A model generated the notes under the pieces. The model was given only the letters and a program-made list of their open reading frames with translations. It had not been told where the DNA came from and searched no databases. Shown here in pieces: positions 38,225-48,900 of a stretch of DNA of 64,000 bases (position 1 is its first letter; the number at the start of each line of letters is the position of its first letter). The translations under genes and the position numbers were made by a program. The DNA is from Gemmatimonadota bacterium (GTDB taxonomy: Bacteria > Gemmatimonadota > Gemmatimonadetes > Gemmatimonadales > Gemmatimonadaceae), in assembly GCA_040389905.1 (NCBI GenBank), contig JAZJZK010000015.1, forward strand, positions 1-64,000, read 5' to 3'.

Positions 38225-38271
38225 GAAAAGGGGATCCAGGCTGTCATCACCGACACCCTGGATCCCCTTTC
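38225..38271. terminator. Probable bidirectional intrinsic terminator
   Basis: AAAGGGGATCCAGG ... CCTGGATCCCCTTT stem downstream of gltA. Confidence 0.65.
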
Positions 38272-38288
38272 GGCATAATGTGGCCGAT

Positions 38289-38354
38289 GTGTATTAGTTG
38301 ACAAATACACCACCCGACGGTACGATGGAGGTGTGTATTACTCAACTAATTCAC
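38289..38354 (+). promoter_or_regulatory. Promoter with two YtrA-type operators
   Basis: TTGACA (38298), 17 bp spacer, TACGAT (38321); palindromes GTGTATT-N8-AATACAC (38289-38310) and GTGTATTA-N6-TAATTCAC (38333-38354). Confidence 0.75.
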
Positions 38355-38355
38355 C

Positions 38356-38751
38356 GTGCTGATCGTCGTCGATCACAACAGCGGCGTTCCGGTTTTTCGC
38401 CAGATCATCGAACAGGTTCGCTTCCACGTGGCGAGCGGCCTGCTCATGCCCGGCGACGAATTGCCATCGACGCGCGGACTCTCGCAGGAGCTTGGCGTCA
38501 ACCCGATGACGGTGAGCAAGGCGTACAGCCTGCTCGAGCAAAACGGACTCGTCGAACGGCGACCGGGATTACCGCTGGTGGTTCGGTCACGCACCGCCGA
38601 TGCGGTGGAGGGTGAGCGACTCACACACCTTCGCGTCGCACTCGAACCAGCGCGGCGCGTGGCCCGCCAGCTCGGCATCTCTCCGACCGAGGCCGCCTCC
38701 GCCTTCCGCGCTCTGCTCGAGGCCACCTCGCCCACTGAGGACGACAAATGA
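38356..38751 (+). CDS. GntR family transcriptional regulator, YtrA subfamily
   Basis: PVFRQII..GLLMPGDELPSTRGLSQELGVNPMTVSKAY; short protein; precedes an ABC ATPase. Confidence 0.9.
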   Translation: MLIVVDHNSGVPVFRQIIEQVRFHVASGLLMPGDELPSTRGLSQELGVNPMTVSKAYSLLEQNGLVERRPGLPLVVRSRTADAVEGERLTHLRVALEPARRVARQLGISPTEAASAFRALLEATSPTEDDK

Positions 38752-39659
38752 CGGATTATCTCAGGCTCGCCGATGTGAGCAAACGCTTCGGCCAGAAGAC
38801 TGCGCTCGACAACGTATCACTCGCCGTTGGTGAGCCGTCGATTCTCGGTCTCGTCGGCAAGAACGGGAGTGGCAAGACGACACTGCTACGCCACATCGTC
38901 GGACTCTACCTGCCCACCAGCGGCGCCTGCACCACATTCGGACGAGCGACCGCCGAGCTTGGCGCAAGGGAGCTCGCGCGCATCGGCATGCTGCACCAAC
39001 ACGACACGCTGATCGGTTGGATGAAAGCCGAGCAATTATTGAACTATGTGGCCAGCTTCTATCGCGTGTGGGATCGCGAGTTGGAGCGACAACTCGTCGC
39101 GATGCTGGAAATCGTGCCGAGTGAGCGCGTCTTGACGATGTCACCCGGCAATCGGCAGAAGCTCGCGCTCGTTATCGCAACGTGCCACCATCCGTCACTG
39201 CTTCTCCTCGACGAACCGCTGAGTGATCTCGATCCGATCGTCCGTCGAGATGTGGTCGAGACGCTGCTCGATCGCTTTCGCTCCGATGAGATGGCCATCG
39301 TGATCTCGTCCCATCTTCTGGACGACGTCGAGCGCATCGCCGACCGCATCGTCTGCCTGGACAAGGGACGCGTCGTCGCTGACGCACCGCTCGACGACCT
39401 CAAGGAGCGGTACGAAGAATGGACCGTCACGTCGCCGAGCGGCACGCTGCCCGCACACTTTGCGGAGCCGTACGTCGTCGCGCAGGAGTCCGATCGAACG
39501 CGCGCACGTCTCACGGTAAAGGACCCAGCGTTGCACCGCGCAACCTTCAGCGCGACGTACGACGGCGAGGTCGAACAACATCCGTTGAATCTCGAGCAGC
39601 TCTTCCGAGTACTCACCGGCGCGACGACGACTCGCCGCGCCGAGGAATCATTGGTATGA
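38748..39659 (+). CDS. ABC transporter ATP-binding protein (YtrB-like)
   Basis: GKNGSGKTT, MSPGNRQK, LLLLDEP and SSH motifs. Confidence 0.9.
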   Translation: MTDYLRLADVSKRFGQKTALDNVSLAVGEPSILGLVGKNGSGKTTLLRHIVGLYLPTSGACTTFGRATAELGARELARIGMLHQHDTLIGWMKAEQLLNYVASFYRVWDRELERQLVAMLEIVPSERVLTMSPGNRQKLALVIATCHHPSLLLLDEPLSDLDPIVRRDVVETLLDRFRSDEMAIVISSHLLDDVERIADRIVCLDKGRVVADAPLDDLKERYEEWTVTSPSGTLPAHFAEPYVVAQESDRTRARLTVKDPALHRATFSATYDGEVEQHPLNLEQLFRVLTGATTTRRAEESLV

Positions 39660-41056
39660 GCGGGCGCATGGTACACGAGCCATCGCGGCGGGTGGCATAT
39701 CCCGGCGGTAACCCCGCGATTGCGTTCTACGGCTACATGTGGCGCCCGTGGATACTGATCGCCGGCATGTACCTGCTCGCGCTGTTTACCACCATGCCGC
39801 TCTGGAGCCTTCCCGAAGATCCTGGTCCCCTGGTTGCGTCATGGCGTGCAGGCGTTTCGTCTCCCGAGGTACTCGTCGCGGTGTGGCGTGAGACGCTCAT
39901 GATACCGTTGGGTGTCGGCATCGCCATTGGTATCGCGACCGGTATGCTCCGATCGCGGCCCTTTGCGTGGACGCTTCCGTCGCTCGATCGACGGTTATTG
40001 GGCGGAGCACTTCCGGTGATGGTACTGCTTGCGGCTGCGATCGCGTTTGCGCACTCGCCGGTCATTGGACTGGTTCCTTCGCTTGCCGCGGCGGGAGTTT
40101 CGCTGCTCGCGTATGCCGTCGGTGCGACGCTCGTGTCTCCGGAATTTGGCAAGGTTGCCCGAACGGTCATCGCCGGCGGCGTGCTTGCGATGGTGCTGCG
40201 TCCCCAGGCATTGGTGGATCTGGCGAGTCGCGCACCGCTCGAGGTAGCGCTTGCGTGCAGCGGTGCAGCCGCGTTGCTGATGGTGCGAGGTGCAACCGCG
40301 ACGGTCGCGCGCGAATATCATCGCGTCGGAGGCGAAGCACTCCAGCATGGGCTGGCGGCGCGACTGGTATTCGGCTCGAAGCGCGAACTACCCCAGTATG
40401 CACCGCTGGAAGCGGATACCCTCGTGGGCTGGTGGCGTGCGGCGAACTATTCAGCCCAGACTGGATTGGGACGACTCGCCGTGCCGGTCGCGTTCATGGT
40501 GTCGTTCGCATACGTCACGGGGAACCCAGCGCTTCTGATCATGTCGATTGCCCTTCCGATGCATGGAATGGGCGTTGGACAGCCGGAGGGACGCCTGCTC
40601 TACCCGTTGTCGCGGGCACGACGCGGGCAACTGGCGTACCTGCGCTCACTCGCACTGATCCTGACATCGACACTTCTTGTTGCGCTCTTCGCGACTCCAC
40701 TCTTTCTGCTGCGACCATTTCCACAGGTGCTCGTGTCAGCAGGGACGCCGAGTGTCAACGTCGCGCCGCTGCTCTGTGCCTGCTTCGCGTGGGCACCGGT
40801 GGCCCACTGGGCTTCAACGCGTCCACCACTCATGGACACGAGACGTCAATACGTTGGCGCGCAGCTCGTGGCTCGCTTCGGCGGTCTCATGGTGTTCCTG
40901 ATCGTGGTGATGTCCACGAGGGGTGCATATCGGGGCTTCGCCGATCGCCTGCCCTTCGCGGTCTGGCTCGTGTCGTTCGGTCTACTCGTGGTGGTGATTC
41001 AGGGGCTCCACTATTTGTTGATTCGGCGAGCGTATGCGAGCAGGGACCTCCTCTGA
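39656..41056 (+). CDS. Multi-pass membrane protein, probable ABC permease
   Basis: Many hydrophobic segments; ATGA overlap with the ATPase gene. Confidence 0.7.
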   Translation: MSGRMVHEPSRRVAYPGGNPAIAFYGYMWRPWILIAGMYLLALFTTMPLWSLPEDPGPLVASWRAGVSSPEVLVAVWRETLMIPLGVGIAIGIATGMLRSRPFAWTLPSLDRRLLGGALPVMVLLAAAIAFAHSPVIGLVPSLAAAGVSLLAYAVGATLVSPEFGKVARTVIAGGVLAMVLRPQALVDLASRAPLEVALACSGAAALLMVRGATATVAREYHRVGGEALQHGLAARLVFGSKRELPQYAPLEADTLVGWWRAANYSAQTGLGRLAVPVAFMVSFAYVTGNPALLIMSIALPMHGMGVGQPEGRLLYPLSRARRGQLAYLRSLALILTSTLLVALFATPLFLLRPFPQVLVSAGTPSVNVAPLLCACFAWAPVAHWASTRPPLMDTRRQYVGAQLVARFGGLMVFLIVVMSTRGAYRGFADRLPFAVWLVSFGLLVVVIQGLHYLLIRRAYASRDLL

Positions 41057-41091
41057 CGTGAGCAGGCCGCCGTCGCTGTTCGGTGGCGCTG

Positions 41092-42195
41092 CTAGCGTTT
41101 CACGTATGTCTTGCTGAATCCGTTCCTCGCGTTGGTCACAGTAAACGTCCCATTCTCCTGCGCCGAGATCTTGATCCCATAGGCAGGGCTGTGCGTCGGG
41201 TTGCCGGCGCCGCCCGCCCGGCCCTGCGTCAAGATTTTCGCGATCTGCGGCAGCGAATCCACGTTGGCGATGAACATGCCCGCGCTGTTGTGCTCAACGC
41301 CGCCGGCGTACGACCAGTGAATCGTCCAGATGTCCTCGAGTCCCGGCGAGCGGCGGATGGTCTCGAAAGACGTTGGCGCTCCCCCTTTGCGCGTACCGTT
41401 CTGCATCACCGCGACGCGAGGGCGCACCGAATGCACCAGCGCGGGCGAACCTGACTGATCGAGCCCATGGTGCGTGACCATATAGAGGTCCACGGTGCCG
41501 ACTTGATTCTTCGGACAGACGAGATCGAGCTCGTTGTTCCAGAGCAGATCGCCGAGGTCGATGGCGCGAAAGCGGCCGAAGGTGATGACGCTGCCGACGG
41601 ACTGCCCATTATCGTCGGGTGAGGCAGGATCGGGTTTCCGCTGTGTCTCGGCGCAGGTCGCGGCATTGGCCTGCCCGCCACCGGTGAGCGGTGTCGTGAT
41701 CGCCTTGCCCGCCGACGTAACGATACGCCAGTCGAGCCCCTTCACCGGCACGCGATCACCGGGCTTCAACACGGTGTGCTTCGCGTTCGCGTAGAGCCCC
41801 GCGTACGTCTCCGCAAAGCCGGCAACCTGGTCACGTGGCTCGACGTTGGGGCCGTGGTCCATGAAATGGGCGACGGGAATCCGCTTCACGAACTCCGCCA
41901 TGCCGCCGACGTGATCGGTGTGATAGTGGGTGCTGATGAGGTAGTCGACCTTCGTGACGCCCGCCGACGCGAACATCGCGAGAATTCGATCGAGATCGCG
42001 CGCGCCGGGATTGCCCGTGTCGATCAGGACAGTCTCGCCGGACGGGGACACGTAGAGCGTGGCTTTCCCGCCCTCGGTGTCGGCAATGTAGATGTCGAGT
42101 GATTTGACGGCGGGCTTCGCCTGGCTGGACGCCGTGTTCGAGACGCCGGCGAAGGCCGCGACAAGGGCGGCGAGGATGTTTCGTGTGATGCGCAT
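41092..42195 (-). CDS. Exported MBL-fold metallo-hydrolase (ComEC/Rec2-like)
   Basis: Signal peptide, LIDTG, THYHTDHVGG, GDL and HHG motifs. Confidence 0.85.
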   Translation of the reverse strand: MRITRNILAALVAAFAGVSNTASSQAKPAVKSLDIYIADTEGGKATLYVSPSGETVLIDTGNPGARDLDRILAMFASAGVTKVDYLISTHYHTDHVGGMAEFVKRIPVAHFMDHGPNVEPRDQVAGFAETYAGLYANAKHTVLKPGDRVPVKGLDWRIVTSAGKAITTPLTGGGQANAATCAETQRKPDPASPDDNGQSVGSVITFGRFRAIDLGDLLWNNELDLVCPKNQVGTVDLYMVTHHGLDQSGSPALVHSVRPRVAVMQNGTRKGGAPTSFETIRRSPGLEDIWTIHWSYAGGVEHNSAGMFIANVDSLPQIAKILTQGRAGGAGNPTHSPAYGIKISAQENGTFTVTNARNGFSKTYVKR

Positions 42196-42279
42196 GCGTG
42201 CAAGCTCCAGTCGTACGTCGGCGGTGGTGCGGCGGAGGAAACTTCCGCCGGACAACCTGCAACGCAGACGCGCGCTGCG

Positions 42280-43089
42280 CTATGACGCGCCGAACAAGCG
42301 GCTGAGCGGCGCGAGAAGGTTTGCCATGGGACCGGCGTCGCTAGTTGGCGGTTCGGCGGCGGGTTCGGCACCACTGGCGAGGAGTTTCATCTTCGGCGCA
42401 GACAACGCCGCTTTGGGCGCGCCCGCCGGCAGCGCGCCCTGCGAAACGGCCACTCGCGCGATTCGTCCAGGCGTCGCGACGGCGTGCCAGCTCGCAAGGA
42501 GTGCGGGCTGATGCTGCGCCTCGTTGCGAACGAGTACACCGAGTACGCGAACGATGGACTTCGCGTCGCGGAGTCGATGGTCAATTCCACTGAGAGCACC
42601 GGCTGCGTGCAATCGCTCCGCCTCGCGGTCGTCATGGGACTTCAGCATCGCGTCAGCCGCCTCGCGGAGTTGCGCGGCGAAATCCTTGCGGATCCCTGCG
42701 GCAATGAACTCGGACGTGTGTGCTTCAGCCACTTCCGCCAAGCCCTTGGCGATGGAGGCGAGTCTCAGCGGGTGCGGATTTCCCCGCGGCATCTGGAACA
42801 CGCGAACCCCTGGGTCGCGCATCAGGACTGATTGCGCGACGGCCACGAGATGCGCCATGTGGTTCTGCACCAGTTGCCTGCGCAGCTCCTGATACCGCTG
42901 GGTCTCGGCTCGCCTGGCGGTCTTGGTACCTTCGTGCGCGATGGCATGCTCATTCAGCATGTCGATGAGTTCATCCAATCGCCGTCGCGCGACATTCGAA
43001 TTGACGCCGGGCAGTTCATCGGCGTGTTGATCGAGAAATAATGCGATGAAGCGGAGCCTCGCGAGCCGTTTCGCCTTGTTTGAGCGCAT
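42280..43089 (-). CDS. Hypothetical alpha-helical protein
   Basis: 269 aa ORF with a GAGGA RBS; no motif recognised. Confidence 0.65.
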   Translation of the reverse strand: MRSNKAKRLARLRFIALFLDQHADELPGVNSNVARRRLDELIDMLNEHAIAHEGTKTARRAETQRYQELRRQLVQNHMAHLVAVAQSVLMRDPGVRVFQMPRGNPHPLRLASIAKGLAEVAEAHTSEFIAAGIRKDFAAQLREAADAMLKSHDDREAERLHAAGALSGIDHRLRDAKSIVRVLGVLVRNEAQHQPALLASWHAVATPGRIARVAVSQGALPAGAPKAALSAPKMKLLASGAEPAAEPPTSDAGPMANLLAPLSRLFGAS

Positions 43090-43676
43090 CGTGTCCTCTA
43101 TCGAATCGGAAGACAGGAGACAAATGGGATGCGGCGTCGCATCTGTGGTTCGGCGCAGAGAATCAGTTCGGCGACAACACGTACGATGGGCGCGCGTCGG
43201 AGTTTCGGCGCAAGGAGCGCCGGAATCGTTGACGCGACGGCGGTGCCAGCCAAAGGTGCGGCTAAACGGTAAAACGTCGCGGCTGGCGTGTCGAGGGGCA
43301 AAGAGGATCGGGTGATGGTTCAGGGCGTGCCACTCGGCGACTCCCGAGGCCGGCGCTGGGATTCCCGGAACGAGGGGTATGATCGGCCGAACGGGCTACG
43401 CATGCCGGCGCACCGCAGGGTGGCATGTTGGTGCGGCACGGGGGCACTCGTGAACGGCTCGTGGGACGTTTCGCACGGGGAGCCGCTCAAGGGGACTGGT
43501 AGAGGGCGTTTGACGTCTGGCCACGGGCCAAGCGAAACCAACGAACGCTGCTATGGAACCAATGTGGCGCGCTGGTGGTCCGAGGAGCGTCGCGCAGGTT
43601 CGGCTATTGGCGCAGCCGGGACCAAGGCTATCCTTTTGATCGGCTCAAACCACCGGCGCTGAGACAGGCGGTCAAC

Positions 43677-44744
43677 ATGCAACGAATGCTCCTCGCGCTG
43701 CTGATGCTACAGGGTGCGGCGCAGCCGGCCCATCCGCCCATCCAGTCAGCCCGGATCGTCGCATTGCTCGAGGGCGCCCGCATCGCCGTCATCAACTCCG
43801 CAGAAGGCACCACGCTGGCAGAGCGTTCGCTCGGCGATACAACAGTATGGAAGAGCGGGCATTCGCTCGGAATCAGTCCGGCCGGCAATCAGGTCTTCGT
43901 TGCGCTCACGTCGCGCTCACAGAAAGAGACGGCGATCATCCGGTTCGATTTGACGGACTACACCGTTCATCAGATTGCGGTCGTCGCCGATCAGTTCGAA
44001 TACCCGTGGCTCGTCGTGGGGCAGAGAACGGGACGTCTGTATCTCACGTCCGACTGGGGTTTTCGCGTGGCCACCGTGGATCCGAAGAAGCCGTCAGAAG
44101 TCGTTCGATACGCTTCAGGCCGAGATACCATTGGATACGGACCGGCGATGTGGTTTGACATCTCGGCGAACGAGGACCGGATGTACGCGAGTTATCACGG
44201 CAACGGACTCCGGGGCAACGGCGGCTTGGACTGGATCGATATCCGGGGCGATTCTCTCTCGATTTGCAGCGAATCACGCCTCCAGAGCGAAAAGCGCGGG
44301 ACCAGTTGCTCGAACCCGCATGGGAGGATGATTCCGTATCGGGATGGGTTCGTCGCCACGACGGGCGGTCGGCTTCACGTCTACAACGCCAAAGGCGAGA
44401 CGATCGCCAAGCACGTGACTGGACTCGGTGACGACCGAAATCATGGGATGGAGTTCGCGCTCGACACCGTGGCTGCGGTGGCATATCCGATTGGGTCGTG
44501 CCGGCGCCCGAATCAGGGCGGCGTCACGCGAGTCGATCTGAAGAATCCGCTGGACTCGACATCGTCCTACCGGGAGCTCGCCGCCACCGTGTGTGGAGAA
44601 CGCGTCGTCGTTTCGCTGGACAGGACGACGTTGGCGATCGCGTCAGGTACCGGTATCACGCTGATGGGCGCCGAAAGTGGAAACGTTGGTCGCAAGTTGA
44701 CGACGAGTGCGCGAGTGGTCGATCTGGCGTTCGTTCGAGACTGA
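43677..44744 (+). CDS. Secreted beta-propeller-like hypothetical protein
   Basis: Signal peptide and YncE/WD-like beta repeats (ISPAGNQVFV, ISANEDRMY, VSLDRTTL); paralog of the next gene. Confidence 0.7.
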   Translation: MQRMLLALLMLQGAAQPAHPPIQSARIVALLEGARIAVINSAEGTTLAERSLGDTTVWKSGHSLGISPAGNQVFVALTSRSQKETAIIRFDLTDYTVHQIAVVADQFEYPWLVVGQRTGRLYLTSDWGFRVATVDPKKPSEVVRYASGRDTIGYGPAMWFDISANEDRMYASYHGNGLRGNGGLDWIDIRGDSLSICSESRLQSEKRGTSCSNPHGRMIPYRDGFVATTGGRLHVYNAKGETIAKHVTGLGDDRNHGMEFALDTVAAVAYPIGSCRRPNQGGVTRVDLKNPLDSTSSYRELAATVCGERVVVSLDRTTLAIASGTGITLMGAESGNVGRKLTTSARVVDLAFVRD

Positions 44745-44769
44745 ATCCTCGTTCAGGGAGACTGAGCAC

Positions 44770-45867
44770 ATGAAGCAGATGTTCCTCGCGCTGCTGCTCC
44801 TTCCCGTTGTGGCGCAACCGCCATCGCGGCGTGTCGCGTCACCTCGAATTGTCGCGCTGCTCGAGGGCGCCCGCATTGCCGTCATCAATTCCGCCGACGG
44901 CAGTACGCTGGCCGAGCGCTCGCTGGGGGACACTTCGCGATGGACGAGCGGGTGGACCCTCGGGGTCAGTCCATCGGGTGCCAACGTGTTCGTCGCTCTT
45001 GTCGCCCGCTCAGAAAAAGAGACCGCGGTCGTCCGTTTCGACCTGACGGACTATTCCGTTCATCAGGTTGCCGTCCTCGCCGACTCGATCGCGTATCCCT
45101 TCCTTGCCGTCGGGCAGAGGAGCGGACGCGTATTTCTCGGCTCAGAGTGGGGATTCCGCATCGCGATCGTCGACCCGCGCACGCCAGCCAACATCGTTCG
45201 GTACGCGTCCGGCCGCGATACAATGGCCTTTGGGCCGGCGTTCTGGTTCGACGTCTCGGCGTCAGAGGCGCGGATCTACACCAGCTATCACGGGGGTGGT
45301 AATCCAACGGTGGAGGGTGGCTTCCGCGGGGGAGCAGGCGTCGACTGGATCGATATCAGCAAGTCTCCGTTCGAGCCGTGCAAGGGCAGTAAAATGCAGC
45401 TCGTGGGTACTCGTTTCCCAACGACGGTGGGTTTCGGATGCGGATCCGCGCATGGCCGCATGGTGCCGTACGGTGATGGCTTCGTCGCAGCGTCGGGAGG
45501 ACCGATGCTTCACGTCTATGATTCGGCCACAGTCGAAATCGGATCGTTCAGAATCGGGCTCGGCCCGCGCAATCATGTGATGGAATTCGCCGTGGACTCG
45601 GTGAAGCGGGTCGCCTATCCGATCGGTCCATGCGAAGGCGCGGGTGGAGTAAATCGGGTGGCGATCTCGAATCCGGCAAACGCCGAAACGGCGTTCGCGC
45701 CACTCTCAACGGTGTGCGGCGAGCGAATCGTCCTCTCGCAGGACAGGCGGACGGCGGCAGTTTCGTCGCGTGACGGCTTCGCGCTGTTCGATATCGAGAC
45801 CGGAACGACTGACCGCAGGGTGAAGCTGAGCGCAGGAATTCGGGATCTGGCGTTCGTTCGGGACTGA
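44770..45867 (+). CDS. Secreted beta-propeller-like hypothetical protein (tandem paralog)
   Basis: Shares RIVALLEGARIAVINSA, RFDLTDY, YASGRDT, SYHG, MEFA, TVCGER and DLAFVRD with the upstream gene. Confidence 0.7.
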   Translation: MKQMFLALLLLPVVAQPPSRRVASPRIVALLEGARIAVINSADGSTLAERSLGDTSRWTSGWTLGVSPSGANVFVALVARSEKETAVVRFDLTDYSVHQVAVLADSIAYPFLAVGQRSGRVFLGSEWGFRIAIVDPRTPANIVRYASGRDTMAFGPAFWFDVSASEARIYTSYHGGGNPTVEGGFRGGAGVDWIDISKSPFEPCKGSKMQLVGTRFPTTVGFGCGSAHGRMVPYGDGFVAASGGPMLHVYDSATVEIGSFRIGLGPRNHVMEFAVDSVKRVAYPIGPCEGAGGVNRVAISNPANAETAFAPLSTVCGERIVLSQDRRTAAVSSRDGFALFDIETGTTDRRVKLSAGIRDLAFVRD

Positions 45868-45969
45868 TTCGGCACCACAAAACGCTGCAAAACACTTCCG
45901 GCGGCCGATGTCTTGGCCGTTTTAGTGCGACACGTATGTTGCCGAAGACTCACCACTCGGACGTCGGCC

Positions 45970-48900
45970 ATGCGTATTCGCCTCAAGCTCGACCAACTCG
46001 AACTCCTGCTCTCCCGAAGCCAGATCAGCCAGAACCATTGGGCGATCCGGTTGGGGTTGTCGAAAGGTCATCTGTCCAGCCTGCTGGCTGGGAAGTATCC
46101 GTATCCGTCGGCGCGCACGCGCGAGCGGATGCTCGAGACGCTCGGCGTTCCATTCGATGCGTTGTTTACGATCGAGCCTGGCCATGAACTGCCCGAGTTC
46201 GCCATGCAGCGCGAACTGGCCGACCACTACCTGATCGACAAGCAGATCGGGCAGGGCGGGATGGGAACAGTCTGGCTCGCCCGCGACATTCGGCTCGGCC
46301 GCTCGGTGGCGATCAAGATCGTGAACGACGAGGCCGTCAGCAGCGTCGGCGCGGGGGCGTTGCTCAAGGAGATCATCCAGACGAATCGCCTTCAGCATCC
46401 CAACGTGCTGTCGGTATTCGATGCGGGCGAAGCGAACGGATCGCCCTACTATGTCATGCCGTACGTGCGCGGAGGGTCGCTCCGCGATCGGCTCAAACGC
46501 GACGAGCGCATCCCGGTGGGGAAGGTGCTGTCGATTCTCAGCGGCCTCGCTGGCGCACTCGATCACGCGCACACACTCGGCGTGCTCCACTGCGACGTCA
46601 AACCAGCGAACGTGTTGTTGGCCGACGATCACGCGTACCTGATCGATTTCGGAATCGGCCGCGTCATCCACAGCGAAGTCTGGCAGGGCAAGCCGCGCGG
46701 CGAATACGACGCGGGCGCCGGCACTCCCGCGTATGTGTCCCCCGAGCAGGCGAGCGGCGAGCCGAATCTCGATCCGCGGACCGACGTTTACAGTCTGGCC
46801 TGCATGACCTACGAAATGCTCGCGGGCAAGCAGCCATTCGAAGGCGAGACAACTCTCGCAACCGTCGCGAAACGTTTCACCGAAGCGCCGCCGATGCTCC
46901 ACGAGGCAGCGCCATATTTGCCGCGTGAGTTGTCGGATGCGATCTGCCGGGGCATGGCAGTCGACCGCAATCAACGGACCCAGACGGCGGGCGCATTCCT
47001 GCGCGACTGCCAGCGCGCCGTTGCGATGGCGGGAAGCGTTGTGGGCGTACCGGTGGCGCTGCGCGCAGTGCCAGTGCACTCACACGCGCACCTCGCCGAG
47101 CGGGCAGTCGATACGACGATGCAGAACTTTCGTCTCGCACTGCGGAGCATTCGTCGCGCACCGGCGATGGCGGCCGCGATTGCATTGACGCTCGGACTCG
47201 GCATCGGCGTCAACGCGGTCATGTTCGGCATGATCGACCGGCTGTTCTTTCGCGCACCGGCGCACGTTGTCGCCCCGGATGAGGTTCGGCGCGTTTTCAT
47301 TCGGACGTCGTTTCTGGGAAAGAACGTCGCGCGCAGTTCCCTCAGCTTTCCGGATCTCGAGGACGTTCGAAAGGTCACGTCGCTTCGTTCCGCCGCGGGC
47401 TACTTCCCGACTCGCCTCGGTTTCGATCGCGGTCGCAATGCGATCTCCATTGCCGCGGTGATGACGACGCATGACTTCTTCCCGCTTCTCGGCGTGCGTC
47501 CGCAGCTCGGCCGTTTTTTCGATGCGAGCGAAGACATGCCTGGCGCCAGTGGAGTCGTGGTACTGAGCGATGCATTCTGGAAAGCGCGCTTCAACGGCGA
47601 CAGCGCGGTGCTCGGCAGGGTGGTGCCGGTGGGAAGCGGCTCGTATCAAGTCGTTGGTGTTGCGCCGAGTGGTTTTACGGGGATCGACTTGCAGGCGGTG
47701 GATCTGTTTCTTCCGCTTCGCAGCGCAGCGAACGAGGCCATTCAAGGCGACATCGAGCAGAGTCGCAACATCAGTTGGATACGGGTCATCGCGCGGCTGG
47801 CTCCGGGTGTCAACACGAGCCGCGCGGAATCTGAGACCTTTGCCCGCATCAGCGCCGCGATGGCTTCGCAAGCAGGCGACAATTCACGCCACGATCTCGG
47901 TGTGGCGCTCGCACCGGTGCTCAACGCGCGGGGCCCGCTCGCAACGCTCGATGCGAAGATATCGCTCTGGCTCGGCGCAGTATCGGTGATCCTTCTTATC
48001 ATCACCTGTGCCAACGTCGTGAATCTCCTGCTCGTGCGACACATGCATCGTGAAGGCGAGTTTGCGCTGTGCAGCGCGCTGGGCGCATCGCGACACAGGG
48101 TGCTCGCTCAGCTCGCGGCCGAGTCGATCGTGCTCTCGGTGCTCGCCGCGCTGGTTGGCGTGCTCCTCGCCCAGTGGGCGGGGGCGCTTCTGGCGCGCTT
48201 CCTTCTCCCGGGGGTGCCAGTCGAGTCGTTGATCGCCAATGGCCGTATGATGCTGTTTACGGCGATCGTCGCTCTCGTCGGTGGACTTCTCGCCGGCCTT
48301 ATTCCTGCCTTCGCCACGAGCAAGCCTGACATCGCGGGCGCTCTTAGACTGGGGCGCGGTGGTTCGCACGCGCGCGCGTCGCGCCTGCGTTCGGGGCTAC
48401 TTGTCTTTCAAGCGAGTCTCTCCGTCGTCTTGCTGGTCGGAGGTGGACTGTTCGTCCAGAGCATGAATCGCATGCGGGGCATGGACGCGGGGCTCGATCT
48501 CGACCGGCTGATGATTGCGTCGGTGGACTTGAGTGGGCTGCGGAAAACGCCGCAGGAACTTGCGATCATCCAATCCGAAGCGATGGCACGTATCGAGCGC
48601 ATCCCTGGTGTCGTTTCCGTGACCGGAACAAATGCCGCGCCGTTCGCCACGAACATCGGCATCTCGCTGAGCATTCCGGGGCGCGACTCGCTGCCGAGTG
48701 TGAAGAGCGGTGGGCCGTACATCAATGCGGTCGGTGCGAACTACTTCAGGAATGTCGGGACGCGCATCGTGAAGGGCCGCGCCTTCACGGATGACGACCG
48801 CGCCGGTACTCCGCGTGTCGCGGTGGTCGGTGAAACGATGGCGCGGATGATCTGGCCGAGCGAAAGTGCGTTAGGAAAATGCATGAAGGTCGGCGGGGAT

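Noticed and set aside
41092..42195. Metallo-beta-lactamase resistance gene
   Set aside because: The motif layout (GDL, HHG) is ComEC/Rec2-like; nothing supports beta-lactamase activity.
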